The position numbers were made by a program, and so were the translations under genes. A stretch of 64,000 nt of DNA, from contig NW_024704742.1 of assembly GCF_018977255.1 (NCBI RefSeq), positions 99,698,001-99,762,000 of the forward strand. Direction: 5' to 3'. The notes under the pieces were generated by a model. That model did not search any database. It was given only the letters and a program-made list of their open reading frames with translations, and was not told the origin of the DNA. This document shows, one piece after another, positions 52,220 through 63,834 of the stretch. Numbering within the stretch: the first letter of the stretch is position 1; every line of letters begins with the position of its first letter. The stretch comes from Callorhinchus milii. Lineage: Eukaryota.

Positions 52220-52705
52220 TAATAATCCTTACAATTGATATAACACTTTTCATATATGGAAGATTACTTATATATGGAAGAACACTTAACAACATTTGCT
52301 GTGAAGTGTAGTGACTGTGTATTTTGTAGGCGAACACGGCAGCCAATTTGCACCCAAACAATATTCCACAAATAGTTATGAAGTGAGTGACTGCAGACAT
52401 GCCTTGGTTTAATATCTCATCCAAAGGATGGAACCTCTGACAAAGCAATGCACCTCCAGCTCGGCACTGGAATATTTGAAAAGAGAAGGGAATCTCCCTT
52501 TGTGTTCAGGACAATTTTCCTCCAGATAAATTAGTCATTTATCTCCAATTGTTTGTTGGACTTTGTTATAATAATCATAATAATGATATGGTGGTATGTA
52601 AATTGGATGCTTTATTCACCTACACCTAGAAAGTCACTATACTTTACAAAAATTCCCTGTGAGGCAATTTGAGATTCAACACTATATCAAATACAAAGAA
52701 TATTA
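52220..52705. mobile_element. Two abutting, oppositely oriented Deu-SINE partial copies
   Basis: 52220-52471 is tail plus part of the core on the minus strand; 52472-52705 (TATTTGAAAAGAGAAGGG...tail) is on the plus strand. Confidence 0.65.
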
Positions 52706-53934
52706 TGAAATCTTAGCTGAACTGAAGTGATAAACAACATATAATGCCTTCAATACAGCACCAACAAAATGGCTTGTTTCTATAACTAGGCCGAAGCCTA
52801 TGAAATAGTAAATTTTAAGAGAAAATGGTTTCTATGGGATTGACAAGCCTCAGACCTACTTAACTATCCAAGTGCTCCTGCAAAAAGGTGAAGGAGATGT
52901 ATTTTATTTGACACAGCTAAAATAATTTTACGATGCGTTGCACAAATTACTTAGTGTCACTGCTCAAAGAAAATAAAATCATGCCCTATAAACTTTGATG
53001 TACTCTGTTAATGTGTAAAGCTGCCCGTTTTATTAGCCTGAAATCTTCTGTCAGAGATTTATGGAATAATAGGGGTAAATTTGGCAATGTTTTGTACCCT
53101 GTTCCTTATGTTAATTTGCACAAGGGACAAGTGTCAAGGGACATTCACAAATGTATTCTTTAATTATTGTAAGAATCGTAATCGGGCTATTTGATATAGT
53201 GCCTCTGATGCTGAAATGTCTCAAAAAGCTTCACAGGGAATTGCTGTCAAATCTAGTGTATTTGTGGACAAACATTTAACGCTGGCATAATCACTCACCC
53301 CACTCACCTCCTGTAGAGGAACACTCCTGTTTCTGAGCTGATGCAGCCTGCTCCCCTTTATTAGCTGCTGAAATCCTGGATATAACAAGGTATGGATCTG
53401 CTTCTGGATGATAATAAGCAACGGTATTTAAAGTAAGCAACTGATCTTTAACACTAGTAAATTTGACATTTATGAATATATTTGAGTGTTACAGATGACT
53501 CCTGCCATTTCCTCGTGCAGTGTACACAATGACTTCTTGAGCTGCTAAAGGGAAATGAAAAGCAGCAGTGAAGAATCACCTTAATTACATTAGTCAACCC
53601 TTTTTGTCCATTTAATTATAGTGAATGCTTCAACGCTGTTTCATATTCCTCAGGTCAGAGTGCTCAGCACTCCTTTATTTAATCTACTTCAAATAGTTTT
53701 CTTTGCTGAGACATTTAGGTTAACTGAACTATTCAGGCGCACAGTGTTTCTGTGAAGTCCCTTCGCCCTGTAGATTTGTGAGACATTGCAATGGGGAGGA
53801 GTGGGGAAGGAGAAAAGGAGAGAGAGATAAAAACAGAATTACACAGAATAAACACGATAAACAGAATGCTGGACTACATTGCCATGTTGCATGCAGATCC
53901 CCAGATATCATGTACAGGGGGCATAATGCTCTAG

Positions 53935-54425
53935 AAAAGACCTCTATCTAGAGGTCTGTGTATGGTTCTGATCACCGGCACGTAAGGGAACTGCCCGAGG
54001 CCTAAAGGTAATGCAGACCTAAGCGACGAAGATGATTCCCAGTGTTAGAGGAATGAGCTATGAACAATGATTAATCAAGCTAGGGATCTTGTTTTGAAAA
54101 GACAGTTCTCAGAAGGGATCTTACAGAGGTATATTATAAATGGGATTGAGAAGTAAACCCAGAACAATACTTTTGGATGAAACGTGACAGCATAAGAGGA
54201 CTTGAGTTTAGAGCAATTTCAGGACCAGCACCAGGGAGTATTTCTTTACCTAGAGGGTAATTAATGACTTGGACACGTTAAAAATAAGGGTGTTTGAAGC
54301 CACAATGCTGGGCTAGTTTTTAAAAATAGCTTATTGCTGTGTTGGAAAGACCGGAGGCTAGGTATTCTGGAAGGATGAGATCAAATGGGCCAAGGGGCTT
54401 TCTTCATCCAAACTAAACCTGTGAT
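53935..54425 (+). mobile_element. CR1 LINE 3' fragment
   Basis: LEVCVWF*SP...ATKMIPSVRGMSYEQ*LIKLG..RRDLTEV-like CR1 ORF2 motif with stops; 3' end GGATGAGATCAAATGGGCCAAGGGGCTTTCTTCATCC. Confidence 0.85.
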
Positions 54426-54879
54426 CTTTTGAATTAGAGTGTATGGGTGTTTAAACTTTTAACCTCAATTCAAATCCATAATTAATAGCAGGAAAGTAAT
54501 ATTGATAACTCAGGATGCGTAAATAAGTGAGTAAAAATGCTCTAACTAAAGAATGAGCAATTTAAGTACTTTTCTTTTTCTGGAAGCATAGCATTAAGTC
54601 AGCGAATGTTTTTAGTTGAAGCAGAAAGGCTTTTTTTAATATATACGAACAAGGGAGTCCATGATTGAAATGAATAGCTATACTATAATAATAATCCTTG
54701 CATTTGCATTTGATTTAGTGCCTTATCATATCATCGAGACAACTCAAAGCACTTCACAGGATCTACTGCAAAGTAAGAGTAACAGTAAATCTAACATCCA
54801 GAATGTCATTAGAATGCTTTAAAATGGGTAACACTAAAATATGGGATTGTCCGGGGTGGGTGGGGGGAGGAGGTAACCA

Positions 54880-55450
54880 GGGTCTCCTTGGACTTGAACT
54901 GACTTCAAGGTGACATGTTTGGCAACAGTATGTCAGAATCGAGCCAGCTCTCTGTGGTGAACTCAGTAGTCCGGTTCCTGAGCCAGGTGGGTCCGCAGCA
55001 TTTGCAGGGCATGACTGATGACACGCCAGCCAGCATGGCTTATCGGTAGGACCTGGAAGGGAAGACCAATCACTGGGGGCAGGGACTCTTCCCCCTCAGC
55101 TCCTGTTAACCCTGCAAGCCAAAGCCCTCCAGGTAGGGTGGTCTAGCTGGACGAGAAGTGGGAAGCTTGCCAGACAGTGCTTTTAATGGCAAACTGTGCA
55201 GTTTTAGCTGGCTAAATTCCAGCAGTACCTAAGCACACACTCTGAGCTCCCCAAACCTTGGCTTTTCAAATAGGCACTAGAATTAGATAGCAGGTTGTGT
55301 CCCTCTGGAGAGAGAGAATGCACATTCCATTCCAATTCAAGAGAATTTCTATGTGTAGGTGGCATGCATAGAGTTCTCAGTTTGGTCTGAATACTCTTAA
55401 GCACGGCGATGGGTTTCCACACGTGTCAAACAACTCTAAACAAAAAGAAA
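54880..55450 (+). repeat. Unclassified dispersed repeat, apparently full-length (copy 4 of 5)
   Basis: End-to-end similarity with the reverse complement of 51100-51680; ends CACACGTGTCAAACA followed by an A-rich tract. Confidence 0.85.
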
Positions 55451-56439
55451 ATAATGGGCCAAATGATTTCCACTGTGTCGTACATTTCTATAGCCCTATA
55501 GTCCCACAATAAAAAGACCAGCAAAGTTTTCCCTCCTCACAGACATCACAATAATGTGACATTTTGTAGAGGCAAGAAAAAATCTTTTTGACATGGGAAA
55601 AGAACATAAGAAGTGCTAGATGAAAAAACAGACCAAGGTCTATTTAGTTCACATTCCATCTTCCTGGTGGTCACATGCACATATGTCCCGAACTACCTAT
55701 GTACTACATCCCATAATGTTATTTCCTAAAATCTTGGCCTGTAACACAGTTTGAAGTTACTTTTAAACAAAAACGTTTGGCCTTTAAAACAGGCATGGGA
55801 AGATAATTGTTCTGGAAAGCTTATTCACTTTTAAATATCAATGGCTCCCAGGTTAGAAGCTGTTTTACTAACTGTACATACTTAAGAAATCGTTCAATAC
55901 GTCACAGATCTGTCTCTTTCCACACAAGTGATACAAGTGAATCTTACACACGAGACACCACATCACCCATGTTCCTGCTGTCACACAGTGACAGGATTCA
56001 AAATCTTGGTGAAGGGCCAAACTTTCACTCACTCTGTATCCGTTGAAGGATGGGAGGTGGGGAGGCTTTCATCATGAACATGAACCTGCCCGAAGCATAA
56101 AGTAGAAAGATAATCCTATCATTCGATATTGAAACCAGATCCGACCTCAGCTTGGCCTGCATAAACACTAAACCAACTGGCAATGAATACAACACTTTGT
56201 ACATTGAGTAAACAAGAAGTGGAACTTTGCCGGCAATTTTATCAAGAATTGTTGCAAATATTTCAACAAAAATCATTATTGTACATGGATTTCTTTAATC
56301 AAAGGCTAATAAAATCTGATCTGCATACCAATGTTTTACTTCAGTTGCATCAGTTTCATGTTATTGTCAAGTGAAACTTAAATTTATAATATTATTAATC
56401 TGTGATTTTATGGAATACTATCTCCTTGGTGTGGTAACA

Positions 56440-56770
56440 GAGACCTACAGATCAGGCTGACTAGAGGTTTGATCTCTGATTAATGCATTATTGGCCGGAA
56501 TCTGCCAGGTAACAATGAGGTTATTACAATTACCCTCCAAGTATCCCTGGGCTAGGGACAAATCAGCTAGGGTCCTGATTCCCTTGCTGGAATGTGTCCA
56601 TTTGTGATATTTGGCTGAAGACAGGTTTGACCTTGGTTGTGAGGCCTGAACTACGATCAAAAGGCCTGAAAGACTCAATACCACGCTCACATTAAGAAAA
56701 ACCTTCTGGGCAAGTTACTGAATGATGGCCTATGTCAATGGAACCCTACAACTTTCAGAAATGAGGGACT
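56440..56770 (+). mobile_element. Third old SINE-like family, decayed
   Basis: CCCTGGGCTAGGGACAAATCAGCTAGGG...CTGGAATGTG...GACAGG...CTGGGCAAG, shared with 36165-36440. Confidence 0.55.
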
Positions 56771-57034
56771 GGGACAAAAAAACAGTTGGAAGAGCGGAGA
56801 AAACAAGTTGAAAGAGTGGGGAGGGAAGGTTGAAAGAGTGAAAAAAGGCTCCCAAACCTCAGCAAAAAAAAAGAAAAATAACTTACCAAAACTATAAAAC
56901 ATTAATATACAAGAATAACCTACTCAGATGTCACTAGTCTTGTGCCTACATAGCCTGTGTCACCAGTTTCAGTCAGATGGGTTTACAGGATTTCCACAGA
57001 AAGCTTCACTGGTTTCCCACATCCTCATTTGTGT

Positions 57035-57237
57035 AACCCCAAGCCTTGACTCTTGCCAACTTGCAGCTAATACTCTCCAGAATTAGGTAAGCATGGTGCG
57101 TTCCTCCATGGGTAGAGTGCATATTTCATTCCAAACAAAGGGAAATTTCCATGTGTAGGTGGTATACATATGTGGAACTCTCAATTGGTTTGGATACTTC
57201 TAAACATGGTGATGATTTTACACGTATGTCAGACATG
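57035..57237 (+). repeat. Unclassified dispersed repeat, 3' part (copy 5 of 5)
   Basis: TACTCTCCAGAATTAGGTAAGCA is identical to 25854-25876; ends ACACGTATGTCAGACA like the other copies. Confidence 0.8.
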
Positions 57238-57821
57238 GAGATACAATTGCTTACTGTGATCTTTAACAGCCATAGTCTGAGCTATTATTACATTGTCTGA
57301 GAAATTGTAATCATCCCAATGTAACCCTTCCACAGAAATCACAAGACCTGTAGACCTGCAGCTGTCTCAACAAACAGACATCCTCTTTATGAAGAATTTG
57401 CGGATGTGACAAAATAGGCCTTGTTTCTTACTATTTCCTGTGAATTGCTATTTGCAATTTTTTTGTTGAACTCATGTACTGATCATACACAGCAGCTGTG
57501 CAGGAAAATTTTCCAACTATCAGATTGTTGCTGAATAATACATTTGACATTACTTTTAAGATGTAGTCAAAACTAGGATTCAAGAGTCATTCACAAAAGC
57601 TTTATGGATGGCAAATTGGCACCATGGAGAAAATCAAATGGCAAGAGTACAGTTGCTAATAATTACCTGCAAATGATTTAAATGCCACAATGTATTACTG
57701 TTCATTTCTACTCTGACAACATGGATCTTCTCTTCCGTGCTTAAAAGAGCAGGTCAGCATAGTGGAGCTATCTTTAAAACGTGCATTCAAGAAACAGTCG
57801 AATAAATAAACATTGAAATAT

Positions 57822-58035
57822 TAATAATAATATTAGTCTTTGCATTTGATATAGCACATTATCACATGTTGAGACGTCTCAAAGCTTTTCACAAAATATA
57901 CTGTAAAGTGAATTGACTGTATATTTTGTGGGCAAAACGAATCAATTGCACACAGCAGTGTCCCACAAAGAATTGTGGATTGAGTGATAAAATTATTTGA
58001 ATTTTTTTTTCCCCTTATGAAGGGATTAATTCCCC
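57822..58035 (-). mobile_element. tRNA-SINE, 5'-truncated
   Basis: Reverse complement of the SINE body and tail. Confidence 0.85.
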
Positions 58036-58281
58036 GGAGAAGCATCAACCTTTGTGTGTAATCCAAAATTTGGATGAGAGATGTTGGGGGTGTTTCCTAT
58101 CCTTGATTTGGGAATGTAGTTAAGCCTAAAGATTTCAGTGTTTCATTCACCTTATCAAACTGGTTGTACAAAAGGAAGACAATGGGATCTAATTTGCGCT
58201 ATGTCTAAACAAAAAAGATGTAATTAACTAATTTCTAACACATTGAATGTGCTGAAGAGATTGCATGCTCTGAAGAATATT

Positions 58282-58582
58282 GTCCTGTAGCTCAGTGGTT
58301 AGAAAACTTGTCTCGCAAGCGAGAGACCTGGATTCGATTCCTGGCAGGGTGAAACCTTGAGCAAGTTTCCTTGCTCCACATGTCTCATAATAATCCCTTA
58401 CGAAAAAAAGACAATAATAATTTGTGGGACTGTTTGTGGGACACTGCTGTGCATAATTAATTGGCTGCCGCATTTCGCTCACAAATATACAGTCAATTCA
58501 TTTACATTATATTCTGTGAAGCGCTTTGAGATGTCTAGAAGATGTGAAAAATGCTATATCGAATGCAAGGATTATTATTATT
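58282..58582 (+). mobile_element. Near full-length tRNA-derived SINE
   Basis: GTCCTGTAGCTCAGTGGTTAGA head, GGATTCGATTCC B-box, (ATT)n tail. Confidence 0.92.
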
Positions 58583-59342
58583 GTAAATGTCTTAACTCAG
58601 TGGGTCACAATTTAGTTATGAGTTATTCCAAACTGTCTGGTCACCTTACATGTCAAAAGAAAAATAACGACAAAGCACTACAGATTAAATCCCAGCCTTG
58701 TGTGCCTCCAGGCATGAGTACCTCTGAAAGAACCCATCACCAGTGTCATACATCAGGACAAAGATCTGTTATCACTTTCTGCTTCGAGTAACAAAATCAG
58801 TGAGAGAGATAACAGGGTAGACCATCTATCTAACATTAAATAATTCATCAAATGTTCAACAATTTTAAAAAAATGGTCATTTTGTATCAATACCATCATT
58901 AGCACAAAAACAATGTGCATTTGAAGAGCCATAGGCTTCTCATTTAGTTCTAAGATCTAAAAACCTACTTAATCAACTATGCCTATGGTTACCTCTTTTG
59001 CCTCCCTGCCTCCCGCGCTTAGCGTTCAACCCCGTCTTTCGTGAAGTGCTCTGAAATGCTATCTTCCATGAAGGGCACTAAGTAAATGTAAGTTGATGTG
59101 ATAATACCCTCTCAGTTGTGTATGTTGATCTGAAACTACAAACCATTGCCATCCAGTCTCTGCACTTGATGATGTAGTGACAGTGTACTTGCAAAATTGT
59201 AATAATGCAAATTGACCATTATTTGTTTTGAATTGTTGAAGATTTCATGAATTATTTAATGTTTGGATAGATTGTGTACCTGTTATCTCTGACCCTGATT
59301 TTGTTAATCAAAGCAGAAAGTGATAACTGATCTTTGGCCTGT

Positions 59343-59762
59343 GTGTTAGCCTCGCTCAGTGGTAGCACTCTTGTCAGTTCAAGCCCGAACATCAGGACTT
59401 GGAATTCACATAGTCTCGGCTGAACCTCCAATGCAGTACTGAGGGTGCGCTGCATTGTCAAGGTTGCGTTCTTTGGATGAGACGTTAAACTGAGGTCCCC
59501 TCTGCCTGTTCAGATAGATATTAGAGAACCCGCAACAGTTTTTGAAAAGAGAAGGGAGTTTCTCCCATTGTCCTGGCCAACAATCCGCCAAATAAAATCG
59601 TTACTTCACTCCATTGCTGTTTGTGGGACATTGCTGTGCACAAATTGGCGCTGTGTTTTCCCACAAAGTTACAATCAGAGAATTTTACAATATATCCTGT
59701 GAAGCAATTTCCTGACCTGAAAGGCTCTATACTGAATGCAAGGATTATTATTATTATTATTG
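59343..59762 (+). mobile_element. Near full-length Deu-domain SINE (tRNA head + Deu core + L2-like tail)
   Basis: Head GCTCAGTGGTAGCACTCT...GTTCAAGCCC; core TTTGGATGAGACGTTAAACTGAGGTCCCCTCTGCC...GAAAAGAGAAGGGAGTTTCTCCCATTGTCCTGGCCAA; (ATT)n tail. Confidence 0.85.
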
Positions 59763-60471
59763 TTATTACAATAATTACTTGAAAAGCTCTTTGAGGTGTT
59801 TGATGTCTAGAGTCCATTCATTTCTGACACAAATCTTGCCTTTTGTTTAAAAGCCTGCAGTTTACAGCTTTTAAAATATAATTTCACTTCTGCTTACAAA
59901 ATGACACATGCTGTCATGTAATCTTTTGGATACTCAATGCTTTTTTTTGAAATCCTGAACGAGACTAAGTAGTCACCTGAGAGCTCATCATTATTTAAAC
60001 ACAAATACTGGGCAAACACAAGTCTTTGGCAGCTGACCCCTTGCTTGACAGCTGTGGGTGGCATCTAACGTGTTTGTGTGTATGCTTGCATTTGGCAGTA
60101 AATTTTATGCTACAAATAAAGATGTTCTGAAGAGGGAACATTATGTCAAATGTAGTGTCATGGACAGAGTGGGCAGAAAGCAGTGTCAGATCCTGTGCTT
60201 TCGGCAATTGTATGGGCTGATCTGTGTGAATGTATCTACTTTACAGTTGTCAATCCTGTTTCCATCATCATAAGCTTGAGAATGCTTCAAACATGATGCT
60301 TTGACATTCACTATTTAGATGTCAAATATGCAAATCTGTTTAAAAGCTGTTTAAACCTTTGAGTACTTTAATTTCCATTGGAATTTCCAAAATGCACATA
60401 CTATATGTTATACATTACATTCCTCCACCATTTTATTTCCCGTTTGCTCCACTGGGTGTTCTTTGCTTTAA

Positions 60472-60726
60472 AACAACAACTTGCATTTATATAGTTTCCT
60501 TCATGTGGGGTAGGGTCTCGGAGTGCTCAACAATAGCAGAGATGGGCATTGAGCGGGGGAGAAAGGGGAGATGACCATAGGTATGGTTGAAGAGGAAAGC
60601 CTTCAGGTGTGAACTGACGATAGGCAAATAGAGGGCAAGGCGGAGGAATTGAAGCAAGGATTTCCAAAGGGTCAGTGTGTAGTGCCTGGAAGCACGGCCA
60701 CCATTGGTGGTGAAATGGAATAGGTA
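60472..60726 (-). mobile_element. Older L2 3' fragment (host of the younger L2; appears to resume at ~61950-62005)
   Basis: (CAA)n-CTTGCATTTATATAG tail; ORF 60487-60738 contains TLWKSL...LRLAL...HLKAFLFNHTY. Confidence 0.7.
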
Positions 60727-61949
60727 CAACACCAACAAGATTCCATTTATAGAGCGCCTTTCATGTCGGGAGGACGTCCCAAGGCGCTGTATAGTTGGGT
60801 CAGGCCCCGAGCAGGGGGGAAATGGTCAGGGTGAGGGAAGGGAGGGAGCAAGGAGGGGGTAGAGAGTCGAGAGGGGAGCTGAAGGCACAGTCAAAGAGAA
60901 ACGTCTTGAGACCGGCCTTGAAGGAGGAAAGGGAGGAGGCGGCGAAGGCACTGGGGGATAGAGTTCCAGAGCCTCGGGGCTGAGAGACTGAAGGCCCGGC
61001 CACCGATGGTAGGGCGGTTGGGGCGGGGGATGTGGAGCAGACTGGAGCCAGAGGAACGGAGGGTACGGGCAGGTAGGTAGGGGATAGTAGGTCGGAGAGG
61101 TAGGAGGGAGCAAGGCCGTGAATGGCCTTGTAGGTGAGGATGAGGATCTTGAATTCGATCCTCTGGGGGATGGGGAGCCAGTGGAGGCGAGCGAGGGTGG
61201 GAGTGATGTGGTCCCGAAGCCTGGTGCGGGACAGTACACGAGCTGCAGAGTTCTGAATGACCTGCAGCTTGTGGAGGGAGGTGCCGGGAAGGCCGGCGAG
61301 GAGAGAGTTCCCATAGTCCAGCCTTGAGGTGATAAAGGCGTGGACCAGAGTTTCAGCAGTGTGAGGGGTGAGGTAGTGCCGTAGTCTGGCGATATTTTGG
61401 AGGTGATGGAAGGCGGTGCCAGTTGTGGTGCGGATATGAGGAAGAAAGGACAGCTCAGGGTCGAACAGAACGCTGAGGTTCCTGACTGGCTTTGAGAGGT
61501 GGAGAGTGCAGCCTTGGAGGCTGATGCTGTCAGCGCCTGAGGTGCGGAGGTGCTGACGCGAGCCAATTTTTTTGTTTTGCGCACGTTGAGCTGAAGAAAG
61601 TTGTCTCTCGTCCAGCACTCGATGTCGGACAGGCAGCTGTCAGGACATCGGTGGTCGTGGAGTTGAGGGTAGAGGAGGAAAGGTAGAGTTGGGTGTCATC
61701 CGCATACATGTGGAAGTTAACCCCATGTCTGCGGATGATGTCACCAAGGAGGAGCATATAGAGGGTGAAGAGGAGGGGACCGAGCTCAGAGCCCTGAAGG
61801 ACACTGCACGAGACGGGGCTGGAGGAAAAGCAGTTTGTGGAAACAAAATGAAGATGGTGGGAGCGGTACGACCTAAACCACTCAAGGACAGGGCCTTGAA
61901 GGTTTAGGTGGGAGGACAAGCGGTGGAGGAGGATAGCGTGGTCGACCAT
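60727..61949 (-). mobile_element. L2-clade non-LTR retrotransposon, 5'-truncated, with frameshifted ORF2 reverse-transcriptase pseudogene
   Basis: VDHAILLHRL, QGSELGPLLFTLYM, HMYADDTQLY (ORF 61530-61985), then VRNLSVLFD, LVHAFITSRLDYGNSLLAG, LQVIQNSAARV, HITPTLARLHWLP (ORF 60800-61618). GC- and CpG-rich, with stem-loop tail and (TTG)n. Confidence 0.96.
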
Positions 61950-63834
61950 AGATGGACATGCAGAAGGAGCAAGCCAGCGGAGCAAAGATGGAGCAGTGCG
62001 GTGTGACCATTACTTATGTGTTTGATGTACAAGGAGTTCAAATGTTATAGCTTTTGGAATACATTTGCCTCAATGCTCCTGATTTCATCTTCTATTGAGT
62101 CAGTGTTTTCTTTGTATGAATACACCAATACCATTCTGTTTATTGCAAACAATTGTTTATACTCTGATTCCCCACCCTTCCCCCCTGCCACGAACATATC
62201 CCGTTTACCAAAATAGGATAAAGTTTGGGCTTGAATAAATAATCAAATGCTTCATTCAGCAGATTTTGTGCAAGACAGTGAATGTGGATAAATTTGCACC
62301 CAAATTAATCCTTGATTCGTTGAGCAATAGGTCCACAAAGCTACACAAATGTGTGTCTCTGTGTGTTTAATGAACATGTAATGCATCCAATGTGTATCTG
62401 TGTGTAAAATTGATTATTCATGTTTGCAGGACATTACTGTGGGCACATTGGCTGCTGCATTTACCCATAAAATATAGTCATTACACTTTACAGTGCATCC
62501 TGTGAAACACTTTGAAACCTCCTCTTGATGCGAAAGATGATATATCAAATGTAAGGAATATTATTATTAACACATGGATTTCAGCCAGAAAATATGCTAT
62601 TAATGTCACTTCAATTAATGAATGGCCACTACAATATCGTCCATCAAAATTATATTCTGCGATCGTGGGCAGCAGTGGCTATGGATCAGTTTTGTCAATA
62701 GGATCTTTCCCTGGAAGGAGTTTACTTTATGTACAGTATGTACTGTACTAGTGCTTAAAAATATATAAATCTTCACATGTGGGAAAGAAACACAACATCT
62801 ATTTTCTTAGTCTGAGATGAGGGGAAAAATCCAATTGAATGTCAAAAGATGACACCCAATGATTCAACTTATGTATTTTACAGAGCCTGCCCTCATACAT
62901 GTATGTATTCCATTCCATGGTCTCTCAATGGACACTGTACATCCAGCACTTACTGGAGTTGCAAAAATGGGATGGAAACTAAGTCATCTCTTGTGAGAAA
63001 ATTGGAAGTAGGAAAAGTCTAAACCAGAGAAAACATGCCCACAGAACTCTACAAAACTAGTAAAGCCAATAGATCCCCTTGGGATCCCATTCCAAGTGGA
63101 CCTCTTCTTAACATGCCTGAAAGATCCCACCGGATTAGACGGACCCACAATAATCAGTCCTGCTTTCATACAACATTTTAGACCCTGCCCAGCACAAGCT
63201 AACACATACCTACCTGCAAGAGGACTTTAGAAAATGCTGGTGGTTTTCAGCCACATAGCTTAATGCAGGTGAATTCCCTTTAGCTGTTAACATAGAGATA
63301 CTCGCATTAAGCACTGCCACCAATTCAAGCAGCAATTGGATATCAATACCCTCTGGGATCTATTTCTTCATTTTGCTGTTGTACATTCACTTTTTATTCC
63401 AAATTCAATCCCATACAGAGAGCTTCTCAAAATGATACTGGTTCCTATCCATGCACTCCAGCACAGCTGATTTTGTTTAAAATAACACAGAAGAGATTTT
63501 ATTTTCATATTGTCACAGGACTTTACAGTTCTGTACAGCTCAATGGCATAGTGTGCTGTTTATCTAAAAATGCACAGTCACTCCACAAAATACACAGTCA
63601 CTCCAGTTTACAATTAACCCTGAAGCCCTTTAGGACATCCTGCCAACATCAAAGACGCTATACCAAACATAAGGATTACCATTGATTTTTATTGTCTACA
63701 GCAGTATTGCACTGTGTAACATAAATGCACAGAACTGGAAGTGTATTATACAATACCGTTCTTTATACTGAAGACCACATTGTGAATAAAAACAATCATT
63801 TAACAACAACTACTCTTGGGATCTCGTTCTTACA

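Noticed and set aside
55014..55060. Hammerhead ribozyme suggested by CTGATGA in the unclassified repeat
   Set aside because: No correctly placed GAAA core; CTGATGA instead pairs with the downstream T(C/T)ATCGG
60780..61950. CpG island or promoter
   Set aside because: The GC and CpG richness is fully explained by the young L2 element
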